IMG/VR virus record: IMGVR_UViG_3300046336_000021
Location: 1-44,806 of that record
Reading direction: 5' to 3' (one strand)
DNA length: 44,806 nt
Origin: a virus
Taxonomy: Duplodnaviria; Caudoviricetes
Numbering within the stretch: position 1 is the stretch's first letter; each line of letters starts with the position of its first letter. The notes below the pieces were generated by a model. It searched no databases and had not been told where the DNA came from. It saw nothing but the letters and a program-made list of their open reading frames with translations. Shown piece by piece: positions 1 through 8,484 of the stretch. Both the position numbers and the translations under genes were made by a program.

Positions 1-8
1 GGGGTGGA

Positions 9-443
9 GTGGGCATTTCTTACCTAAATAGTCTAACTCCGGGAAACAATTTTAATATTGTAATTGGTTCGGGTGGCGCTTCGAATCTCTATGGCAGCAA
101 TACTACATTTTCATCTGGTACACAGACGACGACAACAATAACATCATCAGGTGGTGGCAACGGAGACACTCAATGGTCTTCTGGGGAGGGTGGAAGTGCA
201 TCCGGTGCAAATATCAATCTACGTGGTAATTCGGGTGGTGCCGGTTCGTGGTATAGCCAACCTGTTAATGGTATTGGTGGAAATGGTGGTGGTGCTGCTG
301 GGTTTGGGGGCGGTGGTAGGTCGATAGTTGGGTCACCGGGCACGGCGGGTTCTAGCTACGGTGCAGGTGGGTCTGGTGGTGCAAACGGTACAAACTCCGC
401 TGGTGGTGTTGGTTATCAGGGTGCCGTGATTATTGAATATTAA
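9..443 (+). CDS. Glycine-rich C-terminal part of a tail fibre-like protein (probably begins upstream of the window)
   Basis: Very Gly-rich (GGxGG runs), ending in G.QGAVIIEY as is typical of glycine-rich phage fibre domains; followed by a fibre-assembly-like gene. Confidence 0.6.
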   Translation: MGISYLNSLTPGNNFNIVIGSGGASNLYGSNTTFSSGTQTTTTITSSGGGNGDTQWSSGEGGSASGANINLRGNSGGAGSWYSQPVNGIGGNGGGAAGFGGGGRSIVGSPGTAGSSYGAGGSGGANGTNSAGGVGYQGAVIIEY

Positions 444-486
444 ATGTTTATACCAACCAGTAAATTAAAATTCGGAGTATTCTTAA

Positions 487-939
487 ATGATTAAAACTTT
501 TGCAAAAATCGAAAATGGCATTGTCACTAACATAGCGCTTGCCGAAGACACATGGCCCTTTGAAAATGACCCACACATAGAAATTCCAGAAGGAGTTCAA
601 GTTGGTATTGGATGGTCTTATGATGGGACTTCTTTCATAGCCCCATCAGAACCAGAGGTGGTTATTCAAACAATCCCAGAAGCTACTTCGGCAACCCCTT
701 TACAATTCCTAGAAAAGTTCAATGACGAAGAACAACTAGCAATAGTTACTGCGACAATGAATACCCCAATTATTAAGTTGTGGTACGATAAATTACTCGC
801 ATCTACTCAAGTTGTATATTCAGACCCAAAAGTTACGCTTGGTATAGAGGCACTGGTAGCATTCGGTCTCATTACACAAGTTCGTAGTGAAGCAATCCTA
901 CCACTCGACAAGCGTACATCAGGAATGCAGTCTGTATGA
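487..939 (+). CDS. Putative tail fibre assembly/chaperone-like protein
   Basis: N-terminal FAKIENGIVTNI...VGIGWSYDGTSFIAP pattern typical of small genes following fibres; GGAG SD upstream. Confidence 0.55.
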   Translation: MIKTFAKIENGIVTNIALAEDTWPFENDPHIEIPEGVQVGIGWSYDGTSFIAPSEPEVVIQTIPEATSATPLQFLEKFNDEEQLAIVTATMNTPIIKLWYDKLLASTQVVYSDPKVTLGIEALVAFGLITQVRSEAILPLDKRTSGMQSV

Positions 940-1214
940 CACCGATTTCTCCTGCACATACTTTTACATTTGCAGGAACTACCCATAATGTTTATCACGC
1001 AAATACTTCCCAAGGTTTGCCGATGCACGTTCATAACTACCCACACGCAACGGCGTGTCATGCTGGTAGGTGCGTTATTCGCAAAGCTGGCATAGAATTA
1101 TTAGTAACAAAAGGTTCTAAACCAATTGTATTAAAAGGCACAGAACCTCACGAAATTGAGGCTTTAGAAGATGGTACTGTATTTGAAAATATATTTGTGA
1201 CAAGTTCTACTTAG
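936..1214 (+). CDS. Small cupin-fold protein
   Basis: LPMHVHNYPHAT and PHEIEALEDGTVF cupin His motifs; ATGA overlap with the previous gene. Confidence 0.65.
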   Translation: MTPISPAHTFTFAGTTHNVYHANTSQGLPMHVHNYPHATACHAGRCVIRKAGIELLVTKGSKPIVLKGTEPHEIEALEDGTVFENIFVTSST

Positions 1215-1221
1215 TCGAGAT

Positions 1222-1548
1222 ATGCTAACCTCTTTAATAATTTTTATTGGGTCATTCTATTCATTGTGGATTTTTTTCTTGGCTATCATGGCTTTGAAGA
1301 AGCCATATGAAACAAATGAACTACCTAAGCACGTACTAATTCTGGCATACCCTATTATTATTGTTGGCATAATTCTTGATATAGCCATTAACTATACGCT
1401 CATGACAATAATCATGATAGAGTTTCCTAAAGAAAAAACTGTTTCCGAACGACTACATAGACACAACATAAATTCGGTTGGTTATAGAAAGTTTATTACA
1501 AATTTGTTTATACCATTTCTGAACACCTTCGACAAAAACCATATATGA
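1222..1548 (+). CDS. Hypothetical membrane protein (two predicted TM segments)
   Basis: Two hydrophobic stretches; tightly packed in the operon. Confidence 0.55.
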   Translation: MLTSLIIFIGSFYSLWIFFLAIMALKKPYETNELPKHVLILAYPIIIVGIILDIAINYTLMTIIMIEFPKEKTVSERLHRHNINSVGYRKFITNLFIPFLNTFDKNHI

Positions 1549-1976
1549 AAATTGCGTTTTACAAAAAACGTAATAAATTCCCAACAGACATTGTATCGGA
1601 ACTTATTAAATGGTGGGATGGTGGACCATATTCACATTGTGAACTGATATTCTCTTCAGGTGTTTCTGCAAGTTCTTCTATGGAAGATAACGGAGTTCGG
1701 TTCAAGAGAATAGAGTACATTGAAGAAAATTGGGACATTATAGACGTTCCCGAACAATTTTCGGAAGCGTGTGTATACGAATGGTTTGTTACCAATGAAT
1801 GCGCTGCATATGATTTTCTTGGTGATGTTGGGTTTGTTCTAAATCGCGGGATACAAGACAAAAATAAATGGTTTTGTTCCGAAGCAATTGCATCCGCTTT
1901 AGGGTTTTCCGATGCATGGAGATTGTCGCCAAATGGTTTGTACAGCATAATACAAAGAATAAATGAAATCTCGTAA
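1545..1976 (+). CDS. Permuted papain-like (NlpC/P60, YaeF/YiiX-type) amidase
   Basis: YSHCEL (His) precedes YDF and KWFCSEAIA (Cys), the circularly permuted catalytic order. Confidence 0.7.
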   Translation: MKIAFYKKRNKFPTDIVSELIKWWDGGPYSHCELIFSSGVSASSSMEDNGVRFKRIEYIEENWDIIDVPEQFSEACVYEWFVTNECAAYDFLGDVGFVLNRGIQDKNKWFCSEAIASALGFSDAWRLSPNGLYSIIQRINEIS

Positions 1977-2021
1977 GAGTCGCCCATAAATCATTGGTCT
2001 TTCACCCGGCAATATATTACA

Positions 2022-2666
2022 TCACGCCATGACCAGCAAATCGGGACCATCATTGTATCTACGCTGATCGCACTTTGGGTAATCCTTAACGGGTGCATAA
2101 TTCAGCTTTTCCCGCATCTTCTTTTTGTCATGCTTTGTACCAATGAACTGAAAATACCTATGCTTGTCCATTGGCTTTACCATTTCAATGCCATTTTCTC
2201 TGGCCCAGCGGGTAGGGTCTGTTATTCCTCTGTCACGTAGCGTCATTGGGTGGGTGCGCTTTCCATCAACCATATAGGATTTATCGTGACTTTTTGTTGC
2301 GCCTGTGTATGTCCAGTTTGTTGCTTGATAAATGATCCCACAATGGTTTTGCTCCATATCTGCATAACTTATTACAGCACACGGTTGCGGCTCTAACATT
2401 CTCAAGCTGCGACCAATCAAAAAGCTGGATGCATTCTTTGTTTTTGATTGAACTACAACCCTAGCCAGTTCATACAAGCGGAAGTCCCTATCCCTGAATG
2501 CATGTTTTTGTATCGGTGGTGATGGTTGCCCATATACCGCCACTCCAGTTATTTTCCCATCTTCCTCCAAACCAAACCCAGCCCAAAAAATAGAAGCGCG
2601 TCGGCTGTAATGCTTTTCCACAACAAACCTATCCGCAATTTGCTTGGTTATCTTGACGACTTTCAT
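2022..2666 (-). CDS. Mom-like (GNAT-fold) DNA adenine modification protein
   Basis: HYS, ELARVVV, NASSFLIGRSL, ISYAD..QNHCGIIYQATNWTYTG motifs of the Mu Mom family; start moved to ATG 2666, which follows an AAGGAA SD. Confidence 0.75.
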   Translation of the reverse strand: MKVVKITKQIADRFVVEKHYSRRASIFWAGFGLEEDGKITGVAVYGQPSPPIQKHAFRDRDFRLYELARVVVQSKTKNASSFLIGRSLRMLEPQPCAVISYADMEQNHCGIIYQATNWTYTGATKSHDKSYMVDGKRTHPMTLRDRGITDPTRWARENGIEMVKPMDKHRYFQFIGTKHDKKKMREKLNYAPVKDYPKCDQRRYNDGPDLLVMA

Positions 2667-2690
2667 GGTTTCCTTGTTTAATGTGACTGT

Positions 2691-2718
2691 ATTATACATG
2701 ATTTTTGTATAGAGCCAA
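2691..2718 (-). promoter_or_regulatory. Candidate sigma70 promoter of the mom-like gene
   Basis: Minus strand TTGGCT-N16-TATAAT. Confidence 0.45.
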
Positions 2719-2773
2719 CCACATCAAATAATTTATATAGAATAATTCTATCACGGTTCTCCATAAATAATGG

Positions 2774-4270
2774 ATGACCTACAAATCCCTACTATCTTTC
2801 AAAGAGTTCCTTGCAGAAGGCTTAGACTTCACCCCACAAGGGCACTCTGATGTACCAACGCCAAAACAATCCGTCTCAGATATCATCGCATCTCCGAGGC
2901 TTAATGTTGCATACAAATCTGCCAAAAAGTTTAACCCAACGTACAACCTAAAGCAAGAACACCCACAAAGTTCTCTGTTGAAGCAGTATGTCATCGGCAA
3001 AACTATGGAACTTATGCAGCATGGTTCTCCAGAGTATAAGCAGGCGGTCTTCAATGGATACAAAGAGCATTCGTCATCATCCCTAGGTGGCACAAAAACC
3101 TACGACGATTTTGTAGATGCGTCTTACAAACGGTTATCCAAAGATACGAACCGACAGTTTGATGCACTACCAGTAAAGCTGCATTTTCATGATGGCGAAG
3201 CGGATTACAAATCGTCTGGTGAAATGGTTGCCGATGTTCATAAAAACCGGAACCTAAATGTCTTCCGTGGTGGCGATTCGCACTCACATGATGTTACAGA
3301 CACAAAGACTGGACTAACATTTAACCAGAAGTTCCGCGCAGTGCATGACTTCTATGGTCACGCAATCCATAATACACAGTTTGGTCCAAAGGGCGAGGAA
3401 GCGGCTTGGAATAGCCATAGGCAGCTTTATTCGGACCTTGCGGCACCAACGTTGACTGCCGAAACCCGAGGTCAGAATTCTCAGGTGAATTATACGCCGA
3501 TGAACTTACAAAATCTTGTCGATATGAAGCATCACAGAACCGAGGCAAATAAAGCTAAACAAGCAGGCGACACACATGCATTCAATCTTCATACGGATAG
3601 TCTAAAACGGATTGGAAGTAATTGGAATTATGCGCCTCAAAAAGGTGGGGTTCTTCCACACGAAATGAACGACCCATCATACAATGGAGAAGTTCCAAAA
3701 TCTGTCAAAGAGCTATTAAAAGACCCCAGAACAGTTCTTAGCAAAACATACGATTCCAAGGCAGATCATCTAGGTATTGTTGGTCTAGCAAAGCACTATC
3801 ACCAAGACGAATGGGAAGATGTTGCGACAAAACTCGCAAAGGTTCATGGCTTTAATAAAGTTTCTAAGCTACAACTTAATGAAGATGATAGTGATATTGG
3901 CTTACATACAGTATCACCAAAAGACTTCATTACAGCTATCAAGCCTAGTCTATCTACCCAGCATGGTTCCGCAAACTTGACGGACCATCCAGAATCCCAT
4001 TACAATAAGGCAAAGAAACTTGTCCTTAGCAAAGATCACCAATCAGGCTACGCAATATTTCATGATGGCGAATTTGGTAATTTGTTCAGTCGCGTAAAAG
4101 GTCGCGGAGATACTATGGTTCACCACGCTGTTACAAATAACCCCGGCGCACACGGCAATGCATATGAAGGGGTTATTACAGACCTATACAAGAAGCATGG
4201 TGCAAAAGAGGTCAGGCGTGAAAAGAATTGGACAGTAGGCCAACCCGATGTAGTTCACGTAAAGTTTTGA
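2774..4270 (+). CDS. Putative internal virion polyprotein: capsid-targeting-like N-terminus, HDxxxH domain, C-terminal GNAT-like domain
   Basis: LLSFKEFLAE N-terminus; FRAVHDFYGH..GEEAAW..ETRGQNS core; after LNE a domain with SGYAI..NLFS..KGRGD..DLYKKHG; TAAATA at 2764-2769. Confidence 0.55.
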   Translation: MTYKSLLSFKEFLAEGLDFTPQGHSDVPTPKQSVSDIIASPRLNVAYKSAKKFNPTYNLKQEHPQSSLLKQYVIGKTMELMQHGSPEYKQAVFNGYKEHSSSSLGGTKTYDDFVDASYKRLSKDTNRQFDALPVKLHFHDGEADYKSSGEMVADVHKNRNLNVFRGGDSHSHDVTDTKTGLTFNQKFRAVHDFYGHAIHNTQFGPKGEEAAWNSHRQLYSDLAAPTLTAETRGQNSQVNYTPMNLQNLVDMKHHRTEANKAKQAGDTHAFNLHTDSLKRIGSNWNYAPQKGGVLPHEMNDPSYNGEVPKSVKELLKDPRTVLSKTYDSKADHLGIVGLAKHYHQDEWEDVATKLAKVHGFNKVSKLQLNEDDSDIGLHTVSPKDFITAIKPSLSTQHGSANLTDHPESHYNKAKKLVLSKDHQSGYAIFHDGEFGNLFSRVKGRGDTMVHHAVTNNPGAHGNAYEGVITDLYKKHGAKEVRREKNWTVGQPDVVHVKF

Positions 4271-4271
4271 T

Positions 4272-4748
4272 ATGGAAACAAATATTATTCAAGAAATTCC
4301 AAAAAGGCTTCTAGGCGAGTTTATCGAGGGCTTACCAGAATTCCAATCATCTACAGAACTTGTGCCGACAGACTTTCAAAGGGCTATTGAACCAGTCCAT
4401 GTAGAATTGACTAATGGGACTGCCGACGAAGAACTTGAGGCAGACTTTGCAACGATTCGCAAAAACCTTTCAGAAGCGTCTGCAAGGACTACGCAGAGTA
4501 TTGATAGGCTGATGGAGTTAGCAGTATCTAGCGAGTCTCCTAGGGCTTATGAGGTGCTTGTAAATGCCATTAACACTATGGCAAGTACGAACAAAGATTT
4601 GCTAGAGGCTCATTCCAAACGCGCTGATATTAAGAAGAAACTTGCAGCAGTAAATCCATCTGGGCCTGAGAACCAAACCAATATCCAAAACAACAATGTC
4701 TTTGTGGGTAGCACCAGCGACCTGCTAGATATGCTCAACAAAAAGTAA
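4272..4748 (+). CDS. 16: Terminase small subunit (T4 gp16-like)
   Basis: SESPRAYEVL and NNNVFVGSTSDLLDML motifs characteristic of gp16 in T4-like phages. Confidence 0.85.
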   Translation: METNIIQEIPKRLLGEFIEGLPEFQSSTELVPTDFQRAIEPVHVELTNGTADEELEADFATIRKNLSEASARTTQSIDRLMELAVSSESPRAYEVLVNAINTMASTNKDLLEAHSKRADIKKKLAAVNPSGPENQTNIQNNNVFVGSTSDLLDMLNKK

Positions 4749-4757
4749 AGGAATTTT

Positions 4758-4880
4758 ATGAACGATAGCGTTATTTGTGAAAATTGCGAAAGTGAATTTA
4801 TTATTGAAGAAGTGGAAACTCAGTACACTTTAAGTTTCTGTCCATTTTGCGGCGAACCTTTGGGTGGTGAAGAAGAATGA
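4758..4880 (+). CDS. 40-aa zinc-ribbon protein (not in the ORF track)
   Basis: Translated by hand: MNDSVICENCESEFIIEEVETQYTLSFCPFCGEPLGGEEE; two CxxC motifs; AAGGAA SD. Confidence 0.7.
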   Translation: MNDSVICENCESEFIIEEVETQYTLSFCPFCGEPLGGEEE

Positions 4881-5035
4881 AAGATGAATTAAAAGAAGAT
4901 GCAGCGCCAGCAGTGTCTATCGCAAATGGGGTTATGGACACTGCGCCAGTTGTTTCTAAAGAGCAACAAAAGAAGATTGTGGTAAAAGGAAAGCTAAAAT
5001 CTTTCAAAGAATTTTGCGAAGAACTTGTAGAATAA
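4877..5035 (+). CDS. 52-aa hypothetical protein (not in the ORF track)
   Basis: MKDELKEDAAPAVS...KLKSFKEFCEELVE; ATGA overlap with the previous ORF; fills the gap exactly. Confidence 0.65.
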   Translation: MKDELKEDAAPAVSIANGVMDTAPVVSKEQQKKIVVKGKLKSFKEFCEELVE

Positions 5036-5037
5036 TT

Positions 5038-5547
5038 ATGCATAGATTTGAACTTCGTCGTGATGTAGAAATGGAAGTAACCATCAATAAAAAGTTCGGT
5101 GAACTAATCCACTCGGGGCACACCAAAGTTACCCGATCAACTTACATGGCTTCTAAAGGGTTCTCCGTTTTAAAAACGATGAAGCCTCGTGGTGAATTGG
5201 ATTCAAAGACTGTTGAATATCACTTTCTACAAAGGAATGGAGAATATGCTGATGTTGACCTAGATGATGTATCAATGAGCCACGCCGTGCAGATTATTCG
5301 AGATTGCACCATAGTACAATTAAATCTACACAGAGCAATTAAGATTCATTGTGGTAGTTCAGAACAACACAAAGCTATCGAAAGTCTAGCCAAGTCTATT
5401 GCGGACGAAACTGGTAAATCTATTCGGGATGCTGGTTCGTTTGTGTGGGTTATAGAGGAACCCGGTTCATTCCCAAGAAAACCGCCACCATTTTATGATT
5501 TCATAAAAAAGTTGAGAGAAAGCCATAAACCATGCCAACAGACTTAA
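5038..5547 (+). CDS. Hypothetical protein
   Basis: ORF in the operon; ATG 5038 preferred over TTG 5014 because it follows the upstream stop at 5035. Confidence 0.6.
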   Translation: MHRFELRRDVEMEVTINKKFGELIHSGHTKVTRSTYMASKGFSVLKTMKPRGELDSKTVEYHFLQRNGEYADVDLDDVSMSHAVQIIRDCTIVQLNLHRAIKIHCGSSEQHKAIESLAKSIADETGKSIRDAGSFVWVIEEPGSFPRKPPPFYDFIKKLRESHKPCQQT

Positions 5548-5912
5548 TCAGCATCCTGTTAAAAATCTTTACACCAATTGGCGTAGCTATTGGAATCTAC
5601 TTCTATGGTCACCACAATGGCTACGAAGAATACCACCAAAAGGCTATGGCAGAATTGGCGAAGGTGCAGCAAGTAGAAATCAAACACGCCGAAGTACAAA
5701 CCATTGTAAATGATAAAGTCATTACAAAGTACGTTGATAGGCTTGTAGAGGTCAACAAAGCCACCCCACAATTGATCGAGGATATTAAAAAGGATTTGAA
5801 AAATGAAAATGTTTCTTGCAGCTTGCCTATTGGCACTATCCGGGTGTACGACGATTCAAACCGTAACAAAGATGCCGCAGGCACCAGCGGTGCTATTGGA
5901 AGCCCCAAGTGA
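5532..5912 (+). CDS. Inner-membrane spanin (Rz-like)
   Basis: N-terminal TM helix, helical periplasmic part with one Cys; overlapped by a lipoprotein gene. Confidence 0.75.
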   Translation: MPTDLISILLKIFTPIGVAIGIYFYGHHNGYEEYHQKAMAELAKVQQVEIKHAEVQTIVNDKVITKYVDRLVEVNKATPQLIEDIKKDLKNENVSCSLPIGTIRVYDDSNRNKDAAGTSGAIGSPK

Positions 5913-6066
5913 ACCAGTCAATGCAGAACACCGATTGAATGGGGATAACTCTTTGTCGGAATTCCTTGGGGTTGTTGTAGAGAACAACCGGATTGCTTTA
6001 AAGAACTTGAACCAATTAAAGGCTTTGCAAAATTGGGTGATTGATACTTCAAAGATTTACAAATAG
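5803..6066 (+). CDS. Outer-membrane spanin lipoprotein (Rz1-like)
   Basis: Signal peptide with lipobox LSGC; Pro-rich segment; starts inside the Rz-like gene in another frame. Confidence 0.8.
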   Translation: MKMFLAACLLALSGCTTIQTVTKMPQAPAVLLEAPSEPVNAEHRLNGDNSLSEFLGVVVENNRIALKNLNQLKALQNWVIDTSKIYK

Positions 6067-6609
6067 TTATTGACTTTCGCCAAATGTCAGCACATAGTAA
6101 GCATCAACTATGTCGCTGATAGGGCTTGGGATTTTTTCTTTCCCATCATCAACGAGGTCAAACCAAGGGTATGGGTCGCCAACCACTTTGGCAAACGCAT
6201 TGACCATATCTCGCTTAGTCGCATTCCCCTTACCGGTGGCAAACTTCTTGATAGAACTTGCCACGTAAGGGCTAATTGTGCAACCATCAAGCCACAAGTA
6301 ATGCTTCATCACCCCAGTAGCCTCTGCAAGCCCCGTAATCATCCCAGAAGCAGAGAATGCGTATAACTCTATACTCACCCTGCATGGTAGGCTTACAACG
6401 CCTTTAACGGCCTCTATAAGCCCTTTGGCAAGTGCCGCATACCTTTGTTCAGGACAATTGTACTCCGGGTAATCCAGCATCACAAGGCGGTCATCTTTGA
6501 CCATATGCTTTTTCTTTTGACGGTAGCAGAAGAATTTTACAGAACCATCGGGAAGCCTTGCTGCAACTGCTGGTGATGTGACGGAATAATCAATGCCGAT
6601 CATGTTCAC
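6067..6609 (-). CDS. RuvC-like Holliday junction resolvase
   Basis: IGIDYS, IE, IKKFATGKGNATK and DIVDAY RuvC catalytic motifs. Confidence 0.8.
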   Translation of the reverse strand: MNMIGIDYSVTSPAVAARLPDGSVKFFCYRQKKKHMVKDDRLVMLDYPEYNCPEQRYAALAKGLIEAVKGVVSLPCRVSIELYAFSASGMITGLAEATGVMKHYLWLDGCTISPYVASSIKKFATGKGNATKRDMVNAFAKVVGDPYPWFDLVDDGKEKIPSPISDIVDAYYVLTFGESQ

Positions 6610-7106
6610 AACACTTCCACATCATAGCGCAAATATTCCATAGTCAGGAAACTTGTCACTGTGGTTGTTTCCGAAATGACCTCATTGAACCGCACACCAC
6701 CTAAAACGGTTGGTACACACTCGATGAACTTGAACCGCACTAAAGGGTTGTTATGGCTGCTGTATAGAGTCACAGTGGCATCTGAATACTTGAATGGGGC
6801 TTTGGCGAACTCTTTGGTTCTATCTCTTGGAGAACCTACAGAATTCAGCCAGTTATAAGCCTGTAGCCAATTTGACATGTCCTCAAGCACAATGAATTCT
6901 GCCTCAAGACTTTCCCAAGCAATTTTATCCCCATATTCAGGCCTGTCGAAGTACGGGGAGTTATGGGTAGCCGCAGGAAGCTGCAACGATGGCAACGAGA
7001 AGTTTTGAATGTTGAATGACGTATCAGGCAATTCCGCAATGTTTAGTACAGCACGGTTGCCAGATAGGTAGTTCAGTTGTTTGGTGATAGGTGAATTGAT
7101 AATCAT
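6606..7106 (-). CDS. 3: Tail completion / sheath stabilizer (T4 gp3-like)
   Basis: NYLS..F.IQ.FSLP..GDKI..LE.EFIV.EDMSNW..W..SDATVTLYSS.NNP..F..C.P..LGG pattern; perfect TATAAATA upstream. Confidence 0.75.
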   Translation of the reverse strand: MIINSPITKQLNYLSGNRAVLNIAELPDTSFNIQNFSLPSLQLPAATHNSPYFDRPEYGDKIAWESLEAEFIVLEDMSNWLQAYNWLNSVGSPRDRTKEFAKAPFKYSDATVTLYSSHNNPLVRFKFIECVPTVLGGVRFNEVISETTTVTSFLTMEYLRYDVEVL

Positions 7107-7110
7107 GGTG

Positions 7111-7118
7111 TATTTATA
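7111..7118 (-). promoter_or_regulatory. T4-type late promoter TATAAATA
   Basis: Exact T4 late consensus 4 nt upstream of the gp3-like start. Confidence 0.7.
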
Positions 7119-7183
7119 GCAACCTACATAAAATCTATAAGTTGCACCAAAACAACACTTTACAAATCTTTACAATTATTTCC

Positions 7184-7212
7184 TTGACTTTTCTCTAAAA
7201 ATGTGGTAAAAT
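7184..7212 (+). promoter_or_regulatory. sigma70 promoter (no downstream ORF)
   Basis: TTGACT-N17-TAAAAT with extended -10 TG. Confidence 0.7.
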
Positions 7213-7348
7213 TAATACCAATTCACAAAAGGCTTATATGAATACCTTTTTAAAAAATTCATAGAAAACTATCGGAGCAAAGCGACGATGCAGCTTTAGC
7301 TGCTCTTAAAAGAACTTCTACAGGCTTTTATAAGGTTCCTTGCAAAGA

Positions 7349-8235
7349 CTTATAGGCACTTCTACAGTACCTTATAAGAACAGATTCGTTTCACTCATCT
7401 GTCACATTCACTTCGTTCATGTGGGCTTCATTCAAGCCTAACAAAGAACACATCAAAGGCGATAGCTACGCCTACAATTCTAATACCATCAAAAGACTTT
7501 ACAAAGTCATCAAAAACACTATTACGCATACAAGTTGCAAGAAAACAACACTTATAAATTATTTTTCAAAATTTCTTGACTTTTGTTAAAAAGTATGCTA
7601 ACATCGGTAATATCAAAGTTCTCAAAAATTCTTAAATGAATACAAACTTAAAAATTCTTTAAAACTGTATTCATATAAGATTCTTTAAAAGTCTTATAAA
7701 AGGTTTATCGGAGCGAAGCGGAGATGCAGCTTTAGCTGCTTTTGCAAAGAACTTCTACAAAGCCTTTTAAGCACTTCTAAGCCTTCTAAACAAGTTTTGT
7801 ATAGCAACTATACAGACCATATCAAAAAGCCTTTAAACAGGCTTATAAGCCTCTCTGGATAAGGGTATAGAAGTAAGTACATAAAAGAACTTCTACAAAG
7901 CCTTATAAGCACTTGTATAGAATACTGAACAAAGCAGAATTCACTTCGTTCATTCTGTAATCTTTCGTTTCACTCAAGATTAAACTTTTCTAAAGAAAAT
8001 TTCTATAGAACAAACTTCATAGAAACTCTTTTAGAAAGCCTTATAAGCACTTGTGTAGACTTTAGAAGAACATCCAATACAGGCAGAATTCACTTCGTTC
8101 ATTCTGTAAGCCTTCGTTTCACTACGGCTTACAATTTTTTTGTTTTAATTCTATAGAAGAACTTATAAGCACTTGTAGAAATTTTTGTATAAAATTACTC
8201 TATACCATTTGTACAAATCCTTTTAAGCACTTGTA
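7349..8235 (+). repeat. Six iteron-like direct repeats, consensus CTTWTAAGCACTTSTA
   Basis: Copies start at 7349, 7764, 7902, 8040, 8162, 8220. Confidence 0.8.
7576..7604 (+). promoter_or_regulatory. sigma70 promoter, second copy (no downstream ORF)
   Basis: TTGACT-N17-TAACAT with extended -10 TG; upstream context resembles the 7184 promoter. Confidence 0.6.
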
Positions 8236-8484
8236 TGAATTTCTATAGAAGAAAATTTGATGTAGATAGACTTACGCAGTAAGTCATGTTTTGGAGTGAA
8301 ACGACAAAACATTAGTGTAAGACAATTTGCTGTAGATTAGACTTACATACATCCCTGCGCGTAGCGCAATGTCTTAAATGAATACCATCTTAAAAGTATT
8401 TGAACAAAAGCAGAACTCACTTCGTTCGTCTGCAAGCCTACGTTTCACTTCGGCTTAAATCTTTTATAAATTCTTTTAAGTAAA

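Larger units (their letters stand above)
7271..8456. repeat. Array of hairpins capped by GA-NN-GAA-N'N'-GA
   Basis: Copies at 7271, 7381, 7403, 7707, 7935, 7958, 8084, 8107, 8286, 8410, 8434; stems differ but stay complementary. Confidence 0.85.

Noticed and set aside
2667-2699. Longer start for the Mom-like gene
   Set aside because: Overlaps the predicted -10 box; ATG 2666 has the SD
4801-5043. Minus-strand 80-aa ORF
   Set aside because: Shadow of two coupled plus-strand micro-ORFs with better signals
7271-8456. CRISPR array or mini-array
   Set aside because: Repeat units vary in stem sequence, orientation and spacing, the intervening DNA is itself repetitive rather than unique spacers, and no cas genes are present
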